Below, piece after piece: positions 11,218 to 19,917 of a stretch of 64,000 bases of DNA. The stretch's first letter is position 1; each line of letters begins with the position of its first letter. A program made the position numbers and the translations under genes. The notes below the pieces were generated by a model, which worked only from the letters and a program-made list of their open reading frames with translations, ran no database searches and was not told the DNA's origin. Source of the stretch: Minisyncoccales bacterium (GTDB lineage Bacteria > Patescibacteriota > Minisyncoccia > Minisyncoccales > Minisyncoccaceae); assembly GCA_049302755.1 (NCBI GenBank), contig JBAQMK010000004.1:36392-100391 (forward strand), given 5' to 3'.

Positions 11218-11279
11218 TAGATATAATTTAACATATTTAAGGTATAAAAAAAAGACCTGTCAAACTAAATATCCCTGCT

Positions 11280-12623
11280 CTAATCTTTGAAATAATCGGG
11301 TATAAAGTTCTTTTTGTTCCAAAAATCCATTACCTCAAGAGATATCTTTCCCCAGTCGTCATGCTTAGGCAAAATATTCTTCTCAAAGTATTTCAATAAC
11401 AACGGCAATTCCGGAGACTTTTTATAAGCTAAATACAAAGCCACCAAAGCTTCTTTTCTGGTTCCGACGCATTCAAACGGTTTTACCTCCTTCTCCCCGA
11501 TTAATTCTTTCAAAATCGGCAACAATTCTTTTTTCTCAAACAAGTCTTCGTTAAAAATAGAAATCAATTCTTCTTTGGGTAAAAAAGGATAAAGAACCAT
11601 ATAAACGAATAAACACTTGGGACATGCTCCGCACCATTTTCCGGTTTTCTTTTTCGTTCCCGAATTGGTCTTCTGCGATTCATTGCAGCTTAAAAATACG
11701 GGGAAGTAATTTTTCATGTATGAGAAAATACGAGCAATCTGCAACTCATACATTAGTCTCAAAATACTGAAATATTCTAAACTATCAACTAAATAATCGG
11801 AACAGTATTTTCTGAATTTCTTTTCAAAATCATAGGTCTTGGAATATTGATGGTTTATCTCGCGCCCCAACCATTTAACATTTCCTTCGTCAGAACTGTT
11901 TTCATTAGAAAAAACAATATACTTTTTGTTAAACAAAATAGAAACCAAGACGGTTAAGAAGGACAAATAAGCCACAAAAGGAGTGTGTCCGTTCAAATAT
12001 CCTTTTCGGTTTAACTCCAATAGTTTTTCTTCAATCTTTCTTTCGGCCACGATCATTTTAGAATATCCGGACACCTTAAACATTTCTTCGATGTTTGAAT
12101 TAGGATTTAAAGCAAAACAATCAACGTCTTTTTTGAATTTCTTCATCAATTCCAAAGTCACGGCCGAATCCTTGCCTCCACCAATCGGAATCAAAATTCC
12201 ATTCTTAGTCACCTTTCCTTTTTTAAACAATGATTTGCCGAGAGAAACAATTTCCACAAAATCAGGTTTAATAAAATCAATTTTGTTTTCGTAGAAAAAC
12301 TGGCCCATACCGTTTAATAAAACATCTTTAAACCATTCAATCTGCTTTTTGTCCAATTTGCCGGCTTTAACGATTATCTTTTTTGAACAAGTTGCTTTCC
12401 AATAAGAAAACATTTCAATCATTCCCAAATTGAAAACCAAATTATCCAAAATATGCTTATCAATCTTCCTCACCAAAACATCTTTAATTATGACCGACGG
12501 ATTATATTCCAGTTCCCCGTTCTTAAAACAAAAAGAAAGGTGAAAATCTTTTCCCTTTAATTCCCAAGCATAACTTTCATATACAAACTCCGGATACTTT
12601 TTTCTTAATTCTTTAAATGTCAT
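11280..12623 (-). CDS. PP-loop ATP-pyrophosphatase-like protein; candidate MurL-type UDP-MurNAc-L-Ala-L-Glu epimerase
   Basis: I place the start at ATG 12621-12623, which forms an ATGA overlap with the mraY stop. The track ORF extends further into mraY. About 447 aa with PP-loop-like IPIGGGKDSAV and a CGACPKC Cys cluster. Sits between mraY and murD. Confidence 0.5.
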   Translation of the reverse strand: MTFKELRKKYPEFVYESYAWELKGKDFHLSFCFKNGELEYNPSVIIKDVLVRKIDKHILDNLVFNLGMIEMFSYWKATCSKKIIVKAGKLDKKQIEWFKDVLLNGMGQFFYENKIDFIKPDFVEIVSLGKSLFKKGKVTKNGILIPIGGGKDSAVTLELMKKFKKDVDCFALNPNSNIEEMFKVSGYSKMIVAERKIEEKLLELNRKGYLNGHTPFVAYLSFLTVLVSILFNKKYIVFSNENSSDEGNVKWLGREINHQYSKTYDFEKKFRKYCSDYLVDSLEYFSILRLMYELQIARIFSYMKNYFPVFLSCNESQKTNSGTKKKTGKWCGACPKCLFVYMVLYPFLPKEELISIFNEDLFEKKELLPILKELIGEKEVKPFECVGTRKEALVALYLAYKKSPELPLLLKYFEKNILPKHDDWGKISLEVMDFWNKKNFIPDYFKD

Positions 12624-13699
12624 CTTAATAATTGAATTGATACTCCTAATACGGCACAAACAATGCCGATAATCCAAAATCTCATCGTGATTTGATACGG
12701 CTTCCAGCCGATCGCTTCCAAGTGGTGATGAATCGGCGTCGACTGCCAAATCTTTTTACCTCTGAATTTCTTAGAAAGCAATTGAATAATAACCGAACCG
12801 GTTTCTATCACCAAGACTCCGCAAATAATCGGCAGAACTGCCACTGAATCGGTTAAAAAAGCAATCGCCGTCATCGTCATCGCTAATCCCAAAATTCCCG
12901 TCTCGCCCATATAAAACTTAGCGGGAGGAATATTAAACCACAAGAAAGCGAATAAAGTTCCGAGAATCACCATGCAAAAAGCTGATAAATCAATCATTCC
13001 CAAAGAAAACGCAATCACGGCGAAAGCTCCGAAAATGGCACTGTAAACTCCGCCGGCCAATCCATCTAATCCATCAACCACTCCCGAAGCCCAAGAAGCC
13101 AGACTAACAATAATGTATAAAAGAATAAAATAAATTCCGATATGCCAATCAAATCCGTGCGGAAAATCTCTCAATAAAGGAATATGGATGAAATCCCAGC
13201 CTAATTTGTAATACATCCAGGCTCCACCCACCAAACCGATGAGAGTCACTAACAATAATCTTGTTTTGAATTTCAATCCCCCACCGATATATTTACCCCG
13301 GCCGTAGACAACCGAAATGTCATCAATTAATCCGATCAAAGAAGCAGTAATTAAAGCGAACAAAGGAATCCAAGTTTCTTCACGGGACAAAAAGTTAAAT
13401 CTGTCTATCCACCAAATATCGGAAAATCTTCCAGCTAATAAAAGAATAAATAATAAAATTAAAACTGTTACCCAGATAATTATTCCGCCACCACGGGGAG
13501 TATTGGTTTCTTTTTCTTTATGAAAAGCTAAAAAAACCGTCGCTTCCTGTCCGTCAATTGTTTTTTCTCTGGCTTTCTTTTTCCAAAATTCTATTTTGTA
13601 TAAAAATTTAATTAAAAAGCCGGCCACAATCACGGCGATAATAGAAGCTGTGAAGCCCAAGGACATTATTTTTATTGCATTGAAAGTAAATAAAGACAT
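12620..13699 (-). CDS. mraY: phospho-MurNAc-pentapeptide translocase
   Basis: 359 aa, polytopic, with the VVDGLDGLAGG signature. Confidence 0.95.
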   Translation of the reverse strand: MSLFTFNAIKIMSLGFTASIIAVIVAGFLIKFLYKIEFWKKKAREKTIDGQEATVFLAFHKEKETNTPRGGGIIIWVTVLILLFILLLAGRFSDIWWIDRFNFLSREETWIPLFALITASLIGLIDDISVVYGRGKYIGGGLKFKTRLLLVTLIGLVGGAWMYYKLGWDFIHIPLLRDFPHGFDWHIGIYFILLYIIVSLASWASGVVDGLDGLAGGVYSAIFGAFAVIAFSLGMIDLSAFCMVILGTLFAFLWFNIPPAKFYMGETGILGLAMTMTAIAFLTDSVAVLPIICGVLVIETGSVIIQLLSKKFRGKKIWQSTPIHHHLEAIGWKPYQITMRFWIIGIVCAVLGVSIQLLR

Positions 13700-13702
13700 A
13701 GT

Positions 13703-14653
13703 TTACCAAATAAACGAAGCCTGGAGCCACTCTTCTAATTTTCTAGCTTCTTTAAACCTGTCATCCGCCCCGGTAATCACATTAATGATATAGCCCGAGT
13801 TAACTGACGAATAATTGTTCAGTATTAATATGATACACCCGTTAGCCTCTTTTGTATATCCGGTTTTACCCCAAAGATACCCGGTATTTTCCTTTAAAAG
13901 AATATTGGTATTCTTCAAATTATGAACAACTCCGCTCGCACTCACAATCTTTTTTTCCGACAAAGATAATATTTGCGGGATCAAAGTGTGATTATTAAGA
14001 ATATAGATGACCAACTTCTCCAAATCTTCAACGGTTGAAACGTTTGTTTCCAATAATTCGGTCGCTGAGTCATTGGTAAAGATATCTAATCCGGTCGGAT
14101 TATAAAATCGGGTATTTTCCATACCCAGTTCGGTGGCCTTTTTATTCATCTTGTAAACAAACTCTGTTCGGCCCATTTTCTCCGCCAAAGCTTCGGCTCC
14201 GTCATTACTCGATTCAATCAAGGTAACATACATTAAATCATTAACGGTTATCTTCTCGTCAGCCCTTAATCCTCCCATTGTCCCGGTCGTAGAAACAGCA
14301 GCCGAACTGATAACAACCAAATCGTCTAGATTATAATTCTCCAAAGAAATAACCGCGGTCATTAATTTAGTTAAAGAAGCAATCGGTATCACATCACTGC
14401 TTTTCTTTTCCGCCAAAATAATTTCTTTTTCCCTATTTAAATCAACAAAGGTTGATAAAAAATTATTGGAACTCAGATACAAATCGGCAATCTGTTCTTT
14501 GCTTAACGGCCGCAACAAAGAAACATCGGTCTGTTCTAGGAAAAACAAATCAGACGTTTTATTCAAAACATCCTTAGAACATAGATTGACGATAAAAAAC
14601 AATAAAAATAGGAAAAAAAGACCCGCTAAAAAGAAAATATTTTCTCTCTTCAT
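13703..14653 (-). CDS. serine-type D-Ala-D-Ala carboxypeptidase (PBP5-like, S11)
   Basis: 316 aa with N-terminal TM segment, SxxK (ASLTK), SxN (SSND) and KTG (KTGYT). Confidence 0.8.
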   Translation of the reverse strand: MKRENIFFLAGLFFLFLLFFIVNLCSKDVLNKTSDLFFLEQTDVSLLRPLSKEQIADLYLSSNNFLSTFVDLNREKEIILAEKKSSDVIPIASLTKLMTAVISLENYNLDDLVVISSAAVSTTGTMGGLRADEKITVNDLMYVTLIESSNDGAEALAEKMGRTEFVYKMNKKATELGMENTRFYNPTGLDIFTNDSATELLETNVSTVEDLEKLVIYILNNHTLIPQILSLSEKKIVSASGVVHNLKNTNILLKENTGYLWGKTGYTKEANGCIILILNNYSSVNSGYIINVITGADDRFKEARKLEEWLQASFIW

Positions 14654-14658
14654 ACTCT

Positions 14659-15942
14659 TTAAGGAATTAATCTTTTAACATCTCGAGGAAACAGAATGGC
14701 TTCCTTTATACTCTCTAAATTCAAGATTTGCTTAATGATTCTTTCCGAACCCATTCCCCAGCCACCATGCGGTGGAATCGCATATTTAAAAGTGTCAACG
14801 TAGAATTCCATACCATTAGGCTTGATTCCTTTCTTTTTCATATTACTCAACAATTCATCGTATTTGTGTATTCTCTGTCCACCGGTAGCAATTTCAAGGC
14901 CTTTATAAAGCAAATCAAAACCGCAAGTCTCTTCCGGGTTTGTCGGATCAGGCATAGTATAAAAAGGTCGGTCGCTCCAAGGATAATGAGTAATGAAAAT
15001 AAAATCTGAATCGAATTCTTCTTTGGCATACTTTCCTGCTAACTCTTCACCTTTCGGGTCAATATCCGTTTCTTCGGAAACTTCGTGTCCGTATTTTTCT
15101 TTAATTATTTTCTTGATTTCCGAAAGCTTGATGAAAGGAATACTATCAGGAACTTTTGATAACTCAATATTGTATAAATCCAAATAAGGCTTTCCTTCTT
15201 TTTCAATTTTCGCAAACACTTGTTGCAAAACTCCGTTCAATGTTTTGGCAACCTCATAAAAGTCAGAGATGTATCCCATTTCGGCATCGAGTCCGATATA
15301 TTCGTTAACGTGCCTGGTGGTAAAATGCGGTTCGGCTCTAAAAACAGAACCGACCTCAAAAACTCTTTCCAAGACTCCGACCATAATTTGTTTGTAAAAC
15401 TGAGGACTTTGCGCCAAAGTCGCTTCTTTCTCAAAATATTTTACTTTGAAGAAATTAGCACCGCCTTCGGTCGCCGTTCCCAATATCTTCGGCGTCTTAA
15501 TTTCGGTAAAATCGTATTCTCTCATCACTGTTTCGTAGCTCTTTAATAAAATATCGTATAGTTTAAAAATAGCCTGAACTCTAGGATGCCTTAATGATAA
15601 GGGACGGTAATCTAATAATGTATTTAAATTTAAATTAATATCTTCTTTGCTTAAATCAATCGGCAAATCTTCAATGTTTTCTGAAACAACTTCCAACTTC
15701 TCGCCTTTGATTTCAAAACCGCTCTTGGCTCTCGCATCTTTTTTAACCAATCCGGTAATCACTACCGCATCTCCGTTTTTAACTTCAGTACTTTTATCAA
15801 CCACGACCTGGATGGTTCCGGTATAATCCTGAACGATTAAAAAAACTATATTCCCCAAGTTTCTGATATTAAAAACCCGGCCCTTAATCACGGCTTGCTT
15901 GTCTTCGTATTCAGATATTTTTCCAATTAAAGCTCTTTCCAT
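14659..15942 (-). CDS. aspS: aspartyl-tRNA synthetase, archaeal/type-2 form (possibly non-discriminating)
   Basis: 427 aa with class II motif 2 FRAEPHFTTRHVNEY and C-terminal GGWGMGSERI...FPRDVKRLIP. Confidence 0.88.
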   Translation of the reverse strand: MERALIGKISEYEDKQAVIKGRVFNIRNLGNIVFLIVQDYTGTIQVVVDKSTEVKNGDAVVITGLVKKDARAKSGFEIKGEKLEVVSENIEDLPIDLSKEDINLNLNTLLDYRPLSLRHPRVQAIFKLYDILLKSYETVMREYDFTEIKTPKILGTATEGGANFFKVKYFEKEATLAQSPQFYKQIMVGVLERVFEVGSVFRAEPHFTTRHVNEYIGLDAEMGYISDFYEVAKTLNGVLQQVFAKIEKEGKPYLDLYNIELSKVPDSIPFIKLSEIKKIIKEKYGHEVSEETDIDPKGEELAGKYAKEEFDSDFIFITHYPWSDRPFYTMPDPTNPEETCGFDLLYKGLEIATGGQRIHKYDELLSNMKKKGIKPNGMEFYVDTFKYAIPPHGGWGMGSERIIKQILNLESIKEAILFPRDVKRLIP

Positions 15943-15943
15943 T

Positions 15944-17116
15944 TTATTTTCTTAATTTATCTTCTAATTCTCTTATCCTGTCTTTTAATTCAACCATTTT
16001 ATTTTCTCGATTCACGAAAATATCACTAAACTGTTCTAATTCAACTATTTTTTCCTCCAATTGCTTAGTTTTTCTTTCCAATTCCTTGGTTCGCTCGCTT
16101 ACCAATTTTTCCAAACTGTCATTCAAACCTTGTAAATCGCGGGTCCTTTCTTTAACTTTTTTATCCAAGATGGTATTGGCAACTTCGCAGGCCTGTCTGG
16201 ATTCTTTTAATTGATTATTGATTTCTTCCAACTCCTTAGCTCTTTTCCCTATCTTCTCCTCAAAAACTCCTTTCTCTTCGCTTAATTGATGGGTATACTT
16301 TAAAGCCACAAAAGAAAGAACACAGATGAGGATAAAAATAACCGACTTTTCAGGAAAGGTCACTTCCAGATCCGGAAAAACCAATAATGAAGCCAAAAGA
16401 GTTAATAAAGTTGCTACTAATATATCAGTCGTAATAATTGAAGCTAAAGGATTTTTTTCAATTAAGATATATGCCATTATAAGAGCATAGACGGGAATAG
16501 TCAAATAAAACAAAGGATAAATATTGATTCCGTAAACTGGAAGAAAATCAATAAAAACCAAACCGAAAATAGATATTCCCAAAAGAAGATAAAGGACGGT
16601 ATCTTTCTTAATGCTCTTATCAACTCTGTTTTGCCAAGCCTTAAAAAGATTATACAAAGACATAGATAACAAGGAAATTATAAAAAGAGAAAAAGCGTAA
16701 TGAATAATGCTCACCATGCTCCAATCTCCCCATTTGTAAAAAAACACTCCGTCGATTACCGAATCAACATCAACCACAAAAACTAAAAACAAAGAAAACG
16801 AATAAGCAAGGAATAATTGAATCTTCTGACTGCTTATCTTGCAAAATTCAATTGTGAAGTGATACAAGAAGGTCGGAATTAAAAACACCGACAGAACCAA
16901 GAATTTATTCAATAAGACGCTCTCATTAACCGAGCCCCAAGCATGTCCCTGCCAAATAACAAAAGTTCCGAAAGCCCACAAAAATTGAGCCAGACTCATT
17001 AAAAAAAACAATAAATTAACCTTTCCCCGATTCTTAAAAAATATAAAAGTTCCGACCAGTAAAATAAAAATACTGCTCGGGATAACTAAATAGATTGAAA
17101 ACGGTGTATCGATCAT
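15944..17116 (-). CDS. 7TM sensor-domain protein with C-terminal coiled coil, no kinase domain
   Basis: 390 aa. The N-terminal polytopic region resembles the kinase N-terminus at 5534-7771 (FFKNRGKVNLLFFLMSLAQFLWAF vs FFKNRKNTTNYTFILLSGAVFFWSL). The last ~115 aa are heptad-rich (ERTRDLQ...ERTKELE). No H-box or ATPase boxes. Confidence 0.6.
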   Translation of the reverse strand: MIDTPFSIYLVIPSSIFILLVGTFIFFKNRGKVNLLFFLMSLAQFLWAFGTFVIWQGHAWGSVNESVLLNKFLVLSVFLIPTFLYHFTIEFCKISSQKIQLFLAYSFSLFLVFVVDVDSVIDGVFFYKWGDWSMVSIIHYAFSLFIISLLSMSLYNLFKAWQNRVDKSIKKDTVLYLLLGISIFGLVFIDFLPVYGINIYPLFYLTIPVYALIMAYILIEKNPLASIITTDILVATLLTLLASLLVFPDLEVTFPEKSVIFILICVLSFVALKYTHQLSEEKGVFEEKIGKRAKELEEINNQLKESRQACEVANTILDKKVKERTRDLQGLNDSLEKLVSERTKELERKTKQLEEKIVELEQFSDIFVNRENKMVELKDRIRELEDKLRK

Positions 17117-17496
17117 TGATTTAATAATTCTTTAATTCTTGTCACTATTTCTTTAGGATCGTGATTTGATTTTATCAAATAATCCTTGGCTCCGTATTTA
17201 AGAGCCTCGGTTCTGGTTTGATTATCGTCAAAGTTGGAAAGAACCAAAACCGGAACTGATTTCAAGCTGTCTATCTCTTTCGCCTTAATCAAATAATTGA
17301 TTCCGCTTTCTTTCGGAAGAAGCACATCTAAAACCACCAAGTCCGGGGTTTGTTTTTTAGCCAACTCAATTCCTTCGTCAACTTCAATCGCTGAAATAAC
17401 TTCGAATCCTTCTTTATTCAGTTTGAACTTATACATCTCGGAAAGAATTTTCTCGTCTTCGATGATAAGAATTCTTTTTGTATTTTTATTTTCCAT
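17113..17496 (-). CDS. stand-alone response-regulator receiver domain
   Basis: 127 aa with IIEDE, VVLDVLLP, VLSNF and DYLIK. Overlaps the downstream 7TM gene by 4 nt. Confidence 0.85.
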   Translation of the reverse strand: MENKNTKRILIIEDEKILSEMYKFKLNKEGFEVISAIEVDEGIELAKKQTPDLVVLDVLLPKESGINYLIKAKEIDSLKSVPVLVLSNFDDNQTRTEALKYGAKDYLIKSNHDPKEIVTRIKELLNQ

Positions 17497-17519
17497 ATTT
17501 TTCTAAAATAAAAAGAAGA

Positions 17520-17606
17520 TTAATCTTCTTTGCTTCCGCCTAAAACACACCATAAAACAAGTGTAATAACCGATAGAACTATAAATATTGTCCAAATTGT
17601 TTCCAT
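17520..17606 (-). CDS. putative 28-aa hydrophobic micropeptide (METIWTIFIVLSVITLVLWCVLGGSKED)
   Basis: Not in the ORF track because it is under 60 aa. The ATG lies exactly 6 nt downstream of a consensus -10. Has one TM-like helix. Ends 23 nt upstream of the receiver gene. Confidence 0.3.
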   Translation of the reverse strand: METIWTIFIVLSVITLVLWCVLGGSKED

Positions 17607-17612
17607 ATATAT

Positions 17613-17640
17613 ATTATACTTGATACAGCATTCTTTTCAA
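17613..17640 (-). promoter_or_regulatory. sigma70-like promoter, apparently leaderless
   Basis: Minus strand reads TTGAAA-16 nt-TATAAT-ATATAT-ATG. Confidence 0.5.
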
Positions 17641-17648
17641 GAGAAAAA

Positions 17649-18935
17649 TTAATAACAGGCCCGGATATTGTCCTTGAAATCTTGACTTAAATCATAAATA
17701 TCACCAGCGCCCATAAAGATTATCACTTCTCCCCCCTTGATATTGGAAAATAAATCTTCATTGGTAACATAGATCGCATTAGGGACAGCGGCTGCCAATT
17801 TAATCGAATCAATCTTGTCTTTGAATTCTCCTCCTTCCCTTCCTGCGACATCGTAAATATCGACTAAAAACAATTTATCAATCAACTTGGTTTCAATCAC
17901 TTCTTTAAAAACTTTAATAAAATCATTTAACAATAAAAATGTTCTCTGGTATTGATGAGGCTGAAAAACACAATATATTGTTTTATCCGGATATTTCTGC
18001 CTCGCTCCCTTCAGGGTTGCTAAAATCTCGGTCGGATGATGCGCATAATCATCGATTAAAACAAAATCAGGAAACTGAGTTTCTTCAAACCTTCTCCAAG
18101 AACCAATGTATTTTGATAAAGCATTAAAAGAAACTTCATCTGGTATTTTCAATTCTCTTGCCACCTTGATTGCTGCCAAAGCATCTAAAACATTGTGATC
18201 GCCGGGAATCTTGATTATCTCTCTTAATTTTTTAACATCTCTTTCTTCGTCTAAAGAAAATTCAACCGTTTTTTTATCTGAGCGCACTTCCGTTCCTTTT
18301 AGTTTTACCAAAACTCCGTCATTTCCCAGATGCGAAACAAAAATATTAAAAGCATCTTTGATTTTTTCAATGGTTTGATAGTAATCAAGATGGTCTTCTT
18401 CAATGTTTGTCACAACAGCAATCTTCGGCCAATAATTAAGGAATGACTCTTCGTGTTCGCAGGCTTCAATCACTAAATATTCAGACTGACCCATCCTAAA
18501 ATTAGAATCTCCGAATTCTTTTAATCTGGTTCCGACAATCACGGTCGGGTCAAAACCGGCTTCGGTCAAAATCAAACCGATCATCGCGGTCGTCGTACTT
18601 TTTCCGTGAGTTCCGGAAACAGCGATGGTAAAATACTCTTTAGTTATTTCTCCTAAAGCCTGAGGATAGCTTAAAATCTTAATTCCTTTCAATTCCGCTT
18701 CAAGCAATTCAGGATTATTCTCCCTGACCGCCGGACTATGAATAACCATGTCATAATCTTTGATGTTTTCCGATACGTTAGGACCGATAACAATCTTCGC
18801 TCCTCGTTTAACAAGGTCCTCGGTGATTAAAGACGAAACAACATCGGAACCGAAAATCTCATTTCCTTTTTCTAAATAATATCGGGCAATAGCTGAAACT
18901 CCTATTCCTCCGATGCCAATAAAATGTATTTTCAT
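17649..18935 (-). CDS. murC: UDP-MurNAc:L-alanine ligase
   Basis: 428 aa with GIGGIGVSAIA N-terminus and P-loop SGTHGKSTTT. Confidence 0.93.
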   Translation of the reverse strand: MKIHFIGIGGIGVSAIARYYLEKGNEIFGSDVVSSLITEDLVKRGAKIVIGPNVSENIKDYDMVIHSPAVRENNPELLEAELKGIKILSYPQALGEITKEYFTIAVSGTHGKSTTTAMIGLILTEAGFDPTVIVGTRLKEFGDSNFRMGQSEYLVIEACEHEESFLNYWPKIAVVTNIEEDHLDYYQTIEKIKDAFNIFVSHLGNDGVLVKLKGTEVRSDKKTVEFSLDEERDVKKLREIIKIPGDHNVLDALAAIKVARELKIPDEVSFNALSKYIGSWRRFEETQFPDFVLIDDYAHHPTEILATLKGARQKYPDKTIYCVFQPHQYQRTFLLLNDFIKVFKEVIETKLIDKLFLVDIYDVAGREGGEFKDKIDSIKLAAAVPNAIYVTNEDLFSNIKGGEVIIFMGAGDIYDLSQDFKDNIRACY

Positions 18936-18936
18936 A

Positions 18937-19509
18937 TTATTTTAATGGAATTGATTTTAATATTGCGTAATCGGCTCCTCCCTTTCCCAAGTTGCTTTCC
19001 ATGATTTCAATTGAATTAACGGAAAAGGATAAAGAAATATCTTTAAAAATATCTGGTCTTTCTTCCGGCTCGATTCTGTTGAATTGCCACTGAATTACCT
19101 TACCCAGGGTAATGTGCGGGATAAAGCTACTGTCTGGTTTTCTAACCCCTAACATTTCTTTTTCTAAATCAGTTTGTAATTTTCCTAATGGTAAAGAATT
19201 GTCTCCCGTTGCCCATACCATTTTAGGGGCACTAGCCTTTGGTCCGTAAGAAATATCCTTTAAGTCGATTACAAAAGAACCATGATTGGCAACTATTTTT
19301 TCGATTTTCTCAATTACCGGAACTAATTCTTCTAACTCAACATAACCGATAAAAAGCAAGGTGATATGCAGATTATGCTTCTTGCTCCACTTAATCGGAC
19401 AGAAATCGTTAAAATTAGTGAAAGAACGAGCAATCTCTTCCTGATATTCTACAAGCTTATTTTTGGTTTTTTCCGGCAACGCAATACTGATAAATATTCT
19501 CTTTTGCAT
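18937..19509 (-). CDS. thpR: 2H phosphoesterase (RNA 2',3'-cyclic phosphodiesterase / LigT family)
   Basis: 190 aa with two HxTx motifs (HITLLF and HITLGK). Confidence 0.8.
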   Translation of the reverse strand: MQKRIFISIALPEKTKNKLVEYQEEIARSFTNFNDFCPIKWSKKHNLHITLLFIGYVELEELVPVIEKIEKIVANHGSFVIDLKDISYGPKASAPKMVWATGDNSLPLGKLQTDLEKEMLGVRKPDSSFIPHITLGKVIQWQFNRIEPEERPDIFKDISLSFSVNSIEIMESNLGKGGADYAILKSIPLK

Positions 19510-19553
19510 ATTTAAAGAATATCACTTTATGCATCAGCGGGCAATATATAAAA

Positions 19554-19573
19554 AAGAAACCTTATGGTTTCTT
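19554..19573 (-). terminator. intrinsic terminator after the 77-aa ORFan
   Basis: Minus strand reads AAGAAACC-ATAA-GGTTTCTT followed by TTTTAT. Confidence 0.6.
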
Positions 19574-19581
19574 TTATTGAT

Positions 19582-19815
19582 TCAGCAGGATGCTGACTGT
19601 TTTGTTTCCTTACTTATCCCGTTTCCGAGCAACACGATCAACCTTTCTTCCTGATCAGGAGTAGTGCAGCAAACCTCGATATTACCATGCCGATGTTTAA
19701 TCTGATTCCTCCCTATTTCAATAAAAAGGTTATCTGCTTTCAGCGCGCGATACGCCCAATTCGGATATATCCGTTTTGAGAAGTTTCCTTTTTTCTTTGT
19801 TTCTCGATCTGTCAT
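19582..19815 (-). CDS. hypothetical protein (77 aa), GC-elevated cassette
   Basis: I prefer ATG 19813-19815, which is preceded by AGGAGA at 7-nt spacing. The track ORF extends to 19941 through AT-rich promoter DNA. Confidence 0.45.
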   Translation of the reverse strand: MTDRETKKKGNFSKRIYPNWAYRALKADNLFIEIGRNQIKHRHGNIEVCCTTPDQEERLIVLLGNGISKETKQSASC

Positions 19816-19861
19816 CAGATGATCTCCTAATAAATTATTAAAATACTGTTTTGATATAATT

Positions 19862-19890
19862 ATGATATATAAATTAAGATTCTTTGTCAA
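19862..19890 (-). promoter_or_regulatory. sigma70-like promoter for the 77-aa ORFan
   Basis: Minus strand reads TTGACA-17 nt-TATCAT. Its -35 overlaps the -35 of the divergent plus-strand promoter. Confidence 0.4.
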
Positions 19891-19911
19891 AATAATCATA
19901 TTGTGTATAAT
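19884..19911 (+). promoter_or_regulatory. sigma70-like promoter for the PHP gene, apparently leaderless
   Basis: Plus strand reads TTGTCA-16 nt-TATAAT-TAAAAC-ATG, with the ATG at 19918. Confidence 0.5.
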
Positions 19912-19917
19912 TAAAAC

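Noticed and set aside
12624-12749. N-terminal extension of track ORF 11280-12749 (MAVDADSSPLGSDRLEAV...).
   Set aside because: The extension lies inside the mraY coding region in another frame. The ATG at 12623 forms a typical ATGA coupling with the mraY stop.
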